Below, piece by piece: positions 14,393 through 28,000 of a stretch of DNA of 64,000 nt. The notes under the pieces were generated by a model that made no database searches, was not told the DNA's origin, and worked only from the letters and a program-made list of their open reading frames with translations. The translations under genes and the position numbers were made by a program. This stretch comes from Sphaerodactylus townsendi (Eukaryota), in assembly GCF_021028975.2 (NCBI RefSeq), contig NC_059430.1, positions 109,058,001-109,122,000 on the forward strand. The letters run 5' to 3'. Within the stretch, counting starts at the first letter, position 1, and each line of letters starts with the position of its first letter.

Positions 14393-16114
14393 CAGGGGCG
14401 AACCTAGGCAAACTGGAGCCCGGGGACAAAACCTGAGTTTGGCGCCCCCCGCCCCCCCGGCGAATGGGCAGCCACCCTCCCCCACCATGAACAAACAATT
14501 ATTTTTGCACCAGCTCACAAAACACCTCCCACTCCCAGCAAAACATACATGGCTCTCTCCCCACCAACTCTTTTCCTAATTTCCTAATCACAACAACCCT
14601 ATGAGGTAGGTTGTTAGCCTGAGAAACAACTCCAAGCCAGTGCAAGTGGATATTAAGCATGTAAACCTCTCACAAACCACCCCCAGCAAAACATTTACCA
14701 AACAAATGCCAGCATCATCTCTCACAAAACACCTCCAGTGGAATCCACCCCCAAACAGCATTACTTTCAATGGTGCTTAAACTAGGAGCTCAGATTCTTC
14801 TTTTCCAAATCCACCTTAAAGGGAGAATCTAGGGGGTGCTCCGATTAAACAAATTGGAAAGTGATGCTGTTTTGGGGTGGATTCTCCCCCACCCTTTGAA
14901 ACAACATCACTTTTGATGGTTGGAGATTTAGATGAAACAAAATACCAGATTCAGCCAGAATCTGGGCAAAATTTGGAGCACATTTGGACAAAAAAGTGTC
15001 CAATTATGTCCTGCCCAAATATGAACAAATGTGAATGCAAGGTATTTGGGCTTTTGGGGGGGTATTTTTGGTGCTTTTGGAAGCCTGCAGGGAGGGCATT
15101 TTTTAAAAGCTAGCGGCACCATGATTTCAGGGCATCATCCAGAGACTGCCTTGATGATATCACCCAAGTTTGGTGATGTTTTGGTTCAGGGAAGCAAGTT
15201 ATGGACGCCCAAATGGAATGCCCCCATCCCCCTTGTTTTCAATGGAGCTAACAGGAGATGGGGGCTACCCATTTGAGGGACCATGACTTTGCTCCCTCTG
15301 AACCTAACTGTCAGCAAACTTTGGTGGTGCATCATAAGAATAGTTACCAGATGATACTCCCGAGTTTAGGTGTCACTAGCTTAAAATACACCCCTTAGCA
15401 GAGCACCCCAAGAAATTTGCCCAAGATTCTTTGTTTTGCAGTGACTTTGCTCCATTGTAGCCAATGGGGAATTTCTGAGGCTGGCTGCACATTTCTGAAG
15501 ATAGAGGCACCAGACTTTCAAGGTGGCTCCAGGAAGCTCTCCTGGTAAAAGCATCCAGGCATAGAGACCTTTGCTTCTGAGGGTTCAATTTTATGGGCCC
15601 CCAAAAGGCTACAATGGAGCAAAGTCACTGCAAAACAAAGAATCTTGGGCAACTTTCTTGGGGTGCCTGTAAGGGGTGTATTTTTAAAGCTAGTGACTCC
15701 AAAATTTCAGGGTATCATCTGGTAACTATTCTTATGATGCCACCCAAGTTTGGTGAAGTTAGGTTCATGGGGAGCAAAGTTATGGTCCCTCAAATGGGTA
15801 GCCCCAATCTCCTGTTAGCTCCCATTGAAAACAATGGGGATGGGGGCACCCTCTTTGGGGGTCTATAACTTTGCTTCCTCTGAACCAAACATCACCAAAC
15901 TTGGGTGGTATCATCAGGACAGTCTCTGGATGGTACCCTAAAAATTTGGTGTTGCTAGCCCTAAAAATGCGCCCCCTGTAGGCCAAAACGTAAAAAACAC
16001 TAAAAAATAAAAATCACACAAACGACCCTGAAATGGTGGCACCCCCCCACGTGACCAAATGGGGGGCGCCCGGGGACATAGGGTACCCCCTGTCCCTAGG
16101 CAGAAACGCCACTG
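14393..16114. mobile_element. Non-autonomous hAT-type DNA transposon with internal nested inverted repeats
   Basis: 8-bp TSD CATTTTGG (14385-14392, 16115-16122); termini CAGGGGCG / CGCCACTG; no transposase ORF. Confidence 0.8.
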
Positions 16115-19058
16115 CATTTTGGTTTTCCTACTGCAAAACTTAGCTATTTGGATCAAGAGAACCATTGGGGAGGTATGATCGAGGCTCTAAATTTTAAATG
16201 GACACAGCTTTTTAAAAAACCTGCTGGTTCAACTGTACTTGTCAAAAGTTCCAGGTTAAGAAAGCAAAAGCCACTTGACTGGGGTAGGTGGGGGACTGAT
16301 GAAATAGGAAGCTGGCAGGTCACAAAAAACAGTTGAGCAGGGCAAAGTACAACCGTATAGCAAGGCTCAATAAAGCAATTCCGCCCCAAATGGCACACCT
16401 TTTGAAAACAAGAAAATCCACTTTTATTTAAAAAATACTATATACAAATGCAAGGAAAATATGCTCTCTTTGGATGCAAGCACAACAGTGTTTAAAACTA
16501 TAAACCAGAGAATTTGCATATATATATATAGACAAACTCTGTCAAATATCATTACAACTGAGAAGCAAAGACCCTTGGCTTGCCTATGGTTAAAAAGCCC
16601 TTTCTCACTCAGGAACCAGCCCTGATTTTATTAAAGAATGATGTAGCACATTTTTGAGAACCACTGGGAATTTGGCAACAGTAGTACTGGAAAACAGAGC
16701 CTTCTACAAGTTCATACAATGCAGGTGCTATCCAGACTCACCAAAAAGAAAAGTCTTCAACACTCAGCCACAAACTGAAGGTTAAGCCATACCTCAACTT
16801 AATTTTAAGCAGCTTAAACTGATCTAGAATGTTGCAAATATGTTTGGTGGGATCCTCTGGCTTTTGTTTTGCTCTGGCACAGAAAGGGATATTAAGTAAA
16901 TGAAAGGATCTTAAGAAAGTGACCAGGGCCTGGGAAAGTTCCTTTCTATACTGGCTGTTTAGAAAATCAAAATGGATTTAACCTTCAAGCAGGGTCACAG
17001 GGTCTCACTTTCTAGGGATTTGATACAGGAGGCTTAAAAAGACTGCAGTAACCCAATGACCAAGTTCCCCCTTGTCAACTCTGGTTCTTTCCCCAATAGC
17101 CATGCACCAGACAGTCTCTGAAGCTTAAGCTAGGAGTGTGCATTCAGATATTCCCAAATTGAAATTTCCAGTTTCATTTAGGTTCAGAGACATCCAAAAC
17201 AACCCCAAACACTCTTGGAATTTCGGGAGTGTTCTGGGAAGGAAGTGTGCCTCAGATGGGCCACAGTGTATCGGCCTATTGAAGAGCAAATATTTTAATA
17301 GATGGTAGATCTGGTCTTCAGAGTCTATTACCAATGTATTGAAGACCAGGCTTCTTCTTTCCCTTCCTACTGCTTGGGGGTGGGCAGCCCAGGCATTGAA
17401 AATAATGTTTTAATTTGTCTGTAATTTTCATGTGCCAAAAATTGCAGAAAAGAAAAAGTGTGCCCAAAATTGTTTCCTAAAAGAATATTCCCCCCCCCCA
17501 TTTCAGTGTAATATTAATCTTACCTTTTTAAACAACCCAAAATGAAATTAAGGCAAATAGTTTTGCACTCCCCTCTCTTAAGCACACTGTAAGAAGTTTG
17601 CAGAGATTTAATGCACCCTTTACATTAGACAAGAATACTCAAGCAAAGAGTGGATACTGGCGGGTTACAAGAGTGTTAAGTCACTGCTTTTGCAAAGCAG
17701 TTTTATGCTCCTGAGGATAGCAATGCTGTTGAATGGTGCAGCAGGAACATCTCCCATGAAAGCCCATTAAACTACGTAGGTTCATCTGTAATTTATACAC
17801 CATAGGCAGATGAGACACATTACGGTATGTCTATAATTTCAAAAGGCTGACAGAACTTCTGTATGGCTAAAAGCTCCCCCCCCCCCCAGCTGAGCAACAG
17901 TAGCAGGTCAGGGCAAAAGGGCCTAGCTTAGCTTTCTCTCAGGGAACCAATTTTCTCTAGGCAGCAAGGGGTCATGTAAGGCCACAATGATCCTTCCCAC
18001 CCATATTCTATACCCCTTTATTCATATATCACCTCAGTCAGTGATTCATCAGCAAACCTCCATTAGTCTGTCTTTCATACAAATCAGCGCAAATTTTAGT
18101 CCAGAAGGCAAAATCACATAATGGATTGAAAGTATGCCAGGAGTTACTCAAGAGGGGGAAAGTGGTGGCTATGAAGGTTTCCAGCTCATGCTGCCATGTA
18201 GGCAACTGTATTTGTTGTTGCATTGTGATAGATTTTTTAAAAATCCACTCTAGAATTGGCAAGCTTGTACTTGCATAAAGGGGCACCTGCACAGTCCCTG
18301 TAAAAATGTGCAGCATGACTGGGAACTTGTGCAGCTGCTCAGGCTCTGCAATTATGCAAGTAAAGGCACAGATTCAGTTATAAGGCTATGAATCCATTAA
18401 ACCAGCAGGGAGTTGTACCACTCCATTGTAGTATTAAGGCTTCTGGCTGGTTTCTTTCAAACCTGAGAACTGCAGAACTGAGTGAAATCTTTTCTCTGAA
18501 ATCTCCCAGTAATTCAGTGCTGCTGGCATGCATTTCGCTCAAGTATAAATTATGTGGAGCACCTTTGTAAAAAGGCAGCTAGCCAGACAACCTAATTTAG
18601 TTTTCTGCATAAAGCTACCATGCACCCTTAGCCACATACCTATCCATTACTGGGTAAGGAAACAGAGTATATTGGGTCATACCGCTGGCCCATCTCCACA
18701 CCCACCAATATCTCCCCTATGAGACAACAGAGACATGGCTGAGGAGTGCACATAGCAGTAAGCATATAGAAGAAACCTGCCTTGCAAAGCAGCCCTAGAA
18801 CAGCAGTCAATTAAAGAAAAGGGTAGTAGCTATTGGGCAACTCACCCAGTATCTGAACCATTTATAGTAAAGAAACCTTCTTTCAAGGCTGACAAAGAGA
18901 CCTTGTCAGAGATGAATATTTATAGTATGAGAAATGCTCAGATTTCCAGTTGTGGGAAATATGTTCCACTTGTCACCCAAGCAAAAATAATTTAAGCAGT
19001 TCTTGAGCCCCTCCCACAGCAGCTGCAGTCTTAGTCCCCAAGTCCTATCTTTTTGTCT

Positions 19059-22000
19059 TCACTGTGTGATACAGTAATCCCCCATATCCTGGGCGTATCG
19101 GTCCGAGATAGTGGTCCGTAAATCCTCGATATCCTTGTGCAACTGTCTGACATCATCCAGCTTCTTTGCAAGCATGTCTGGCTTCAATAAGTCACCCTTT
19201 TCTTTAACTGAGCACTGCACAGCTGTGAAGGCAAAAAACACAGACAGACACACACAGAGAGAAAGCCATAGATTAGCTATAGAACTACTTTACAGACTAA
19301 GATCTTTCTGGACTCTATTTAAGGCAGGCACCAGAAATCTAACTGCAGATTCAGGCCCTCACGGTTGTGGACACATTTTGTTCCACAGAAGATCAGAAGC
19401 CAGAAAGAGGCGTACAAAATGTCAGTGGTCAGAGAGTCTTTGACAGTCACTAAGTCCTGCAAAAATTAAAACAGGCAATATTGCAAGCTAACAGCATACT
19501 TGGACTGGTCAAATCTTATTCAGAGCAAGGCCATTTAATAAGTCTTCAAGGAAAAAAAATTCAAAGATATCAAGTTCTCCCAAACCGCCCTGGCCACAAA
19601 AGTCTAAATAGCAACTAACAAAGTGAACAAAGCTCCTGAAAAAGATGTCTTGATCCAGTTTTCTGCTTGCTAGGGACCTCAGAATTACTTACAGGGGATG
19701 CCTAGCAGCAAAGACAAATTGGGATCCTTCCCTTGAGCCCTCTGAGTCACAACACTGTAGACAGACTGCAGGTCTTGCAAGCAGCTGGCCAGCTCCTTAT
19801 GCAGCTCTTCAGCAAGGTGGGCCATCTCACCAGGCAGCTGCTGGCTCGGCTCAATCTGCCGGAGGTGCTCCTGGAGAGTCAAGTTCTTCTCAATCAGTTC
19901 CTGGTTCTGTGCAGACAACTGAAGAGAGGTGGTGCAGAAGTTGGAGCATTGTGGACAAATTGTGTGCTCTCTATCACCCCCTAGTGTGACACTGTTAATT
20001 CACAGCTAAGTTTGAGCAGCAATCATAAGGCAGTGCTAAGTTTCTAATGTTCTCTCCTAAAACATTAGACTGCAAAGCATGTGGTCTCAGTTTAGGCCAT
20101 ATTAAAAGGGGGGGGGGGGTTAGTTACTGATCCTGCATTATGTAGTGATAATTAAAGTCAGCGATTTATCCATCCACCCTATACTGCAACTTTCTGAAAG
20201 CCATTGAGTGAGGATGTGTTATATATAACACATATATAACATATATAATTCCCTAAGCGACAACCAATCGCTGCCTTCCAACGACGAAACCCCTACCAAT
20301 CAGTGCACAGAACATAGAGTGCACCCACTGGTGGGACGTCTGTCCCTCGCTCACCTACCCCCAACTCAGTGCCAGGACATCCCCTTTCTGCCAGGCCCGC
20401 TGCCACTCTCCCCACTTGTGACAACCCTCCTGCCTCCCCCAGCCCCACCCCACAAGCCTCCCTGGCAGCAGCAGAGTGTGTGGTCTGCAGGAGAACACTG
20501 CCGGCCTGGGCAACCCCTGCCTCCCTTCCCTGACCACCGGAAATATTTATGCATGTTTACTTGCAGGAACAGCCAGGCAGCAGAGGCAGATGAGGACTCA
20601 AGAAAAGCCTGTTACAGGGAAAGAGGTTTCCTTGCCCTCCTTTCCTAAAGCCCATTTTCACATGACATGGATTTTGCCGCTAGTTTTGTACATAAATGCA
20701 TGAAAAAGAAACTTGTTTCAAGCAGTTTTCCAGAAATTTGGATGCCAAGAAAGGGGGAAAAAACCACATTTCCCCCAATGATTTTTTTTGGGGGGGAGGG
20801 GGAGGAAATTTTTGTAGCACTTGAAAAGTATTAATACCTAAGTTTTCTATAAACAAAACTGTGTATCTGCCTAAACACCTATACTAGAGAGAATGAGAGC
20901 TGCAAACTGCTCCATCCTATACTACCTAAGCACACACACATCAAGGCCTCCACACAGTAAGACAAGCAGCAATCCATTTGCAAAAAAGGCTGCCGTATAC
21001 TAATTTCATGAAGATAGCAGCATCCTGTGCATTTGGGATTTGAGTGCTGAAGCTGAATATTTCTACAATCTGGCCAGGTATTATTCCCTAATATTGCAGA
21101 TAAAATTTACATAAAAGACTAGTCACTACAAATTTTGAGTAAAAGTTTGTGTGAAAAAGCATTTCACTCATTCCAAAAGAGAAAATATTTCACAAGAAAA
21201 CAGTTATTTTGGTTTTCCAAGTATTTTCTCCACCCCCCAACCCTGGACAGTCACATCTCTTGTTATAAGGGTCCCTCAGAGCAATGACTTGGGTGCTCTA
21301 TACAGCTTTCAATTTATGGAGATTTTTCCCTCTGGGATTATAAAAATGGTTTCTGTGCTTCCCATATAATTTTGTAGGTCAAGCATTTATGAATAGCCAG
21401 GTCTAAAGACATACCAGCTATCAGCTCTATAAAGGGAAAGCAAGATAAGCTGAAATATTCTTGGCTACTGGTCTTCAGATGCTATCTGTAGGGAGATGGA
21501 GGACTGGGAGGACAAATGCATGCAAGGTGTGACTTATTAAGGATTCTAATCAACTGGCCTTTTGGAAAGTTAAGCAGTAAAAGCTCTACCACACCACAGC
21601 CACTCAGTTTGGAAAACCCACAACAGCCAGTTTCAGCTCTGTTGCCTTATGCAGGGAGATTGGTCTTCATCACTCATGTTGTGCTATTTACCTAGACTCG
21701 TTGACTGTATTTGAGCCATTTAATCAACACCACAGTTTCTCAAAGCATAAAGATTAGGTCCACAAAGCAGACTATGGTTTATGGTGCTGGTAATTAGCAC
21801 CAAGCCTGCAGCTTAACAGTCAGCCAGTGGGAGATCCAATGATTCTCCACTCAGCCTCCTTTTATAGCAAAATGGTTCCCGTGCTCCCAATGAAGCAGAA
21901 TGGAAAACCAATTTGCAACAGATATAGTGTGCCACAATGTAGATACCCTACCTCATCCTGCTAAAAGGATTATGGGACCAAGAAACTGAAAGCACACAAA

Positions 22001-25000
22001 CCACAATTTATTAGAATAATAAAATATCTGAACAAATCAGTAGGCTGAGGCATTCAAATTCTGCACTGGACTAAAGCACTGATCAATGTGGCATGATTAG
22101 AGAAGTTGTGAAAAGGGACTTTACCTCTTTCACTGCCAAGCGCAGCTGTTGCAGCGCACTCTCCTGCCTCATGGCTTCCATTCTTAGCGCCTGGCCTGTG
22201 CCCTCTTCTTGAGCAAGCTGTTCCTCCAGGCCCTGATGTATCATGGAGACACTAGTTCAGCTTATTGTACAGGTGAAGCTGAAACATACAAACCAAACAT
22301 CTGATCTGCCAACGAGGACCTCTCACCTTCATCTGTGAGGACAACTGATCCATTTTCTTCTTTTGCTTGTCGACAATCTGAAATAAAGCGAGATTTGTGA
22401 AAAATTCACTCCCTACTATTGACCAGATGTACACTGGTTTTTAAAAAATTAAAAATACTCGAATTAGATGAAGAGAGATAACCTAGATGTTTTCAGTAAT
22501 GGGCATGATCCAGTGCCAAAGGCAAGAGAAATGGTGTGATGCTCTCTTTTACAATGTCCTAGGGGACTCAACAAGATTATTATTTTTTGAAATCTAATTG
22601 GCCACAGAAATGCAGAACTGGCATACTTTTAGGAATTGCTCAGGTATGGAGCATGGAGATGTGCACAGTTGAGAGATTTTAGCTGCAATGCTTGAAGCAG
22701 AGCGGGGAAAGAAGGAAGACACTGGAGGGCGATAGTCCTCTGACATCCTCCAATTTTCACACTAGCCTGATCTTGTCAGATTCCAGAAGCTAAGCAGGGT
22801 TGACCCTGGCAACTGTGGATGGGAGACCTTCAAAGAATACTAGGGTTGTGATGTGGAGGCAGGCAGTGGCAAACCAGCTCTGAACATCTTGCCTTGAAAA
22901 TCCCACCAGGGGTCACCATAAGTCAGATGTGACTTGACAGCAAAAAAAAGTACAGCTACCTTCCTGAGGAGATCACATTCTTTTTGCAGAGACTCCTTCT
23001 TTCCTTTCATTTTCTCCATCTCTTGGGCGTATCCTTCTGCTGACAACATCTTCCCACACTGCATCTTATCTTGTAAACTGAGAAAACAGGGTACAGCTAC
23101 TAAACTGAGATACCTCAATAATCTTACCATTTCGAGGGTAGATTCTGTGATAGCCATTCCTGAGAGAACAATAATCATTCCCAATAATCCTTCAGTCCAA
23201 AAACACACAAAAAATGTCAACCGTTACTGCATGTTTAGCTGAGCAATTCAGTTTTCTCACTGGTGCCAAGCACTTCCCCCTGCAGTAACATGCTGCCTGA
23301 ACTGTGCTTCCTGCCAGTTTTCCTGTCAGCTCAGGATCCCCTCCCCAAGGCTGCCCTGGGCTACAGGCAGGCCACTTCCTCTCAGCCAGGGGTGGGGCTG
23401 TCTCAGTGGGTCCTAGTGTGCTCAGTAGCACGTGGCACTCTTCCCTGCCATCTTGGCCTCCCAGCTTGTTTACCTCTTCTGGTCTCCTTGTGGCTGCCTC
23501 ATGTTACTGCCTTGCTGATTCATAAGTGGAGTGGTGGGAAGTGCCAACCTCTGCCACAGCAGGTATCACTGGTCTATGCATGCCTTCCTAGGGGTTGTTG
23601 GTTGGGAGAAACACCAGGCCATCTTTTGTTTATCTTTTCCTCTGCTATTATCATGATCTGAACCCTGAATTCCATTCTTTTCCCCTCCCTACAACCTCCC
23701 ATTAGGTTATGCTCTTTACTAATCCCCTTTCTCCATCTCTCTCCCCCTCCCTGGCTCCTGAACTATCTTGCTATTGCTGAGAACATGAGGTTGCCTTCTG
23801 CTGAATCACACCATCTGTCTATTGAAATCAATACTGCCAACTCTGACTAGCAACTGCTCTCCAGGGTCTCAGGGAGAGGTATTTCCCATCACCTAATTCC
23901 TGATCCTTTTAACTGGAGATGCTGGAGATTGAACCTGGGAGCTTCTGCATGCCAAGCAAATCTTCTACCACTGAGCCACAGCGCCCCCCCCCCCCCCCAA
24001 ATCATTGCTGCCTGTGGTAAGGCTTCACTGCCAAAAGTGCAACACAACTGAAGATGTCTCAATGGCACTGCAAGGCAGTATTCCCTCATTTCACTCAGAT
24101 TCTCATTGCTTGGTCCCAGGAAATGTTACCTGTGCACAGTGGAAAGCAGTTCCATTTCTTTGTGTTTCTGTGTTTCCAGCTGTAATTCCTTCTCTCTGCA
24201 ACTGGCACGGATACCATTAAGGTCCTTCTCAAGGGCAGTCACGGTTTCCTGTAAGACTGCAATTGTCTGCTGGGCTTCTTTTAACTAGGAAAAGGGAGAG
24301 AATGTTCCAGAACCAATCAGGGTATGATGGGAAGTACTGCAGAAGACGCTGCATCTACAAATAACCTAGATCAGGACGTTTTCCTGCAGGTCAGACTACC
24401 AATCGAGGTAGCCACACCCACTCAAGAGTCATACCACATGCCTTTCCATAGATTCAGGAGATCCCATTCTACCTGTTGACTTTGTTTCTGGTGATCCTCC
24501 AACACGGGAAGGTCAGCGAGGTAGCGCTCCAAGGTCTCTATTCGCTGCTGTTTCTCCCGATTCTGCTCAGATTCCTTTTGGCATTTTTTCTTCAGATGTT
24601 CAATGTGTTTGTCTCTTGTATTAACCTGAACCAACAAAATAGAATAATAGCAGTTCTCCACCTCAGCAGCACACAAATCAGGTTGAGATTTCCAAATGAT
24701 TTAGGGGCCTTCCTCCAGCACCAAAATAAGTATACATTTGGACCTTCATTTGAGGCCAGCAAGACAGAAAAAAGAGACATCAATAAGTACTTTAATTCTA
24801 CTCTACACTAATCCTGCTTTGAGCAGGGGGTTGGACAAGATGGCCTGCATGGGCCCTTCCAACTCTATACTCTAAGCTTCTTATGAGGAACAGTTTTGCT
24901 TGAGAGTGCACGCTACATCAACCAAGTCAAGTGAAAATCTACTCCTCTTGAGATGTAGCAATGAGGACCACTACACTAATCACACCCAGAATAGCCTGCT

Positions 25001-28000
25001 TTATGTTGAGAAGGGTTTCATTATTTCCAGTAGTTTTGATGTTCTCCGTATCTCTTCCTGACTCCTCAGTTTCCCATTCAAACCTCCCACACAGAAAACA
25101 TTCCCATTTTCCACACCAACAAACAGTTCATGACATGCATCAACATGTGCTTTGAGGCTCTTGTAGACACAGAGGCCAGAGCACCAAGTATATTTTTGGC
25201 TCTCAGATAAATACAAAATGAAGCACCTGAAGTGGGTGCCCCCTCTTTCCCATCCAAAAGATGGGGATTAATTTAGTCAGAATCTGAATTATGTGGCAGT
25301 TTCTACTACCATGCATTAAAACAGTGTCCACTCACTATGGGTGAGAAGGTTAGTGAACATACATTTTCTTTCCTTTGGCAAGGATTTTAAATTGAAACAA
25401 GAAGAGTCCTCTGACACTGTTAGTTTACACAGCCTACCCTCTCTTCCTGCTTCTTCAGCACTGCTTCATACTTCTGTACTGTCTTCTTGTGGAACTCCTG
25501 GATCTGCTTTTCACCTGCTTCTGCAGCGGCCAGTTTCCTCTCCAGTTCAATCTTTTCCTTACTCAGCAATTCTGTCTTTTCAGTAAACTGAGCACGCAAG
25601 AATACATTCTCCTGTTGCAACTCCTGCAAAATGCATATAGTGAAACACAACAGTTCACAAGTGTCCTCTCCTCCCAAACAAGTACAGCCCCACAGAAAGG
25701 GCCACATTGCTGTGCTCAAACACAGTGAATGTGCACAAACCATATGGAGCGCTGGTGCCATCAACACTGTTGCCTTAGAAATCTTTGCTTGTGTTTACCT
25801 GCATTCTGAGCAAATAGATGTCTCCATAAGGGACAGGAGGGCCAAAAAAAGCACTGTGGACCTGCAGCTCACTTTCTTGTACCTTCTGCTCCAGCTGTGA
25901 AATGTGCTGCCTCTGTCTTCAAAACAGAAGGGCCCCAACAAAAAATTTACAAAATTTAGACTCTAATACATCTAAACTGATAAAATGTCAGAAAACAGGT
26001 CACAAAGTTGCCTTTAGCAAATGGAATTTTCAGTAGAGCACTTTAAATTGTGTTTATAACCTAAACAATGGGAACCACGGGTTGTGCATGGGGATAATGG
26101 GAGGTAAGAAAAGTGATCACAAGCCCAAGGTATCCAGAATAGGCAAAACAGCTCCCCGTTATGCATTTTTCTGACCTTGATTAAGGAAGAATCACCCCTT
26201 TTGAAAAGGATAGCTGTTTTCTCCCCCATTCTGTACCAAAGGAAATTACAGACACCTGTCACTTGCCCTAGCTGGTCAATGATTTAGTAACATAATTAAA
26301 CTCATTAAAATAAAACATAATTTTATGTTTACTATGTATGATTTAGTGAACTCCAGGAGAGCAGCAGTGGTGTAGTGGTTAAGAACAGGTGTACTCTAAT
26401 CTGGAGGAACCAGGTTTGATTCCTAGCTCTGTCACTTGAGTTGTGGAGGCTTATCTGGGGAAATCAGATTAGCCTGTGCACTCCAACACACACCAGCTGG
26501 GTGACCTTGGGCTAGTCACAGTTCTTCTGAGCTCTCTCAGCCCCGCTTATCTCACAGGGTGTTTGTTGTGAGGGGGGGAAGAGAAACGAGTTTGTAAGTC
26601 CCTTTGAGTCTCCTTACAGGAGAGAAAAAGGGGATATAAATCCCTCTTCTTCTGAATATAATTTTATGTTCTTTGGAAGAAACATTTTATCCAGACATGA
26701 AATGGAATGTGCTTTCTTGATCACAGCATCAAAACTTTGGAACTCCCTCCCTAGGGGGTTATACTGGTGTCCCTCTATGGGTATCTTCCATCAGCAGGTG
26801 AAGACTTTTTTATTTCATCCAGCATACCCCAAAAACCATTCTTGACCCTCCTCCCTGGTTCCAGGGTTGTACATATATGCATTTTTATTGAATTATTTAA
26901 TCATTTAAATTTTTTAAACTGTTCAACTATTTTAATGTTTTCATGTTCACCACTTTAGAAATCCTGATACAGTGAAAAGATAGCATAAAATATTTTAAAT
27001 ACATAAATAAAACAATGGGAATATATTGTATGTTTGTTTTCCCACCTGTCAATTAGTATTTCCTTCTCCCTGAGTAGATTCTCATTTGCGTTCACAACTC
27101 CAACCCACTGAGTCGGATCAACAGAGGGCAATGAAGTGCTGTTCACCAGGGGATGGTAGTAAGCAGCTTTGCTTTGCAGCTGGAATAATGAAATTCAGAC
27201 AGACGAGACAGGAGTTCAGTTCTCAAAGGCAGCTGCAATAGCACTGAGGCTATAATTGTTCTCAGCATTCTTCTCAACTTACCAATAAACAGAAGGCTCA
27301 TCCCATAAACAACTATTTCAAATTCACATCCAAGTACTCTGTGTACTGCTACTATGTACTAATAATTTTAGATCACTGTGTATTACATGAAACTCATAAG
27401 AACCTTTGCCTGATATCACCAAACAAAAACTGTTTCCTACTAGAAAGGATATGTGGATCTTATGGCATGATGATTTAAACAGAACAAGGAAAATGAGTCA
27501 CACTCACTGTGCTAATTCATATACTTGTATTTTTTTCCTATTCAGCGTCCAAGACAACTATTGCCAACACACCAGAAACACTTAGTGCAATAGTATGCAG
27601 AGTTACTCTAGTCCAAATCAGTTGAATTCACTGAGTTTAGTTCAGGGTTAACTCTGTACAGGACTGCTGTGCCTGTTCATGTCTTGCAAGGACTCTCCTT
27701 CCAAAGTGCTTAATTCAGGATTCCCCAAAATTTAGCTTACAAACGTACACTCAGAAACTACTAAGTATCTGGTTGTGAACTTGGTTCCACTAGGCAGATC
27801 AAGTAGTGAGCACAGTGGGGCATGGTATAGAAAAGTTTTGTAGATTAGGCATTCCCTCAGTTCTGGGGGGGAAAAGTAGTTTGTGTATAGGTATACCCAC
27901 AAGAACTCTGAAAATAATATCAAATAAGATGTCACAATATTATAGTTGTGTTACTGGGTGGAGAGAGAAAGTAGTAGAAGGATGCCAAGGGAAGAAACAT

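Noticed and set aside
22762-22860. 5S rRNA gene
   Set aside because: Diverged, lacks mature 5S ends and is fused to an RTE tail, so it is a SINE head.
26359-26440. tRNA gene (also 63510-63585 and 37643-37710)
   Set aside because: A/B boxes only, no cloverleaf, continues into a SINE body.
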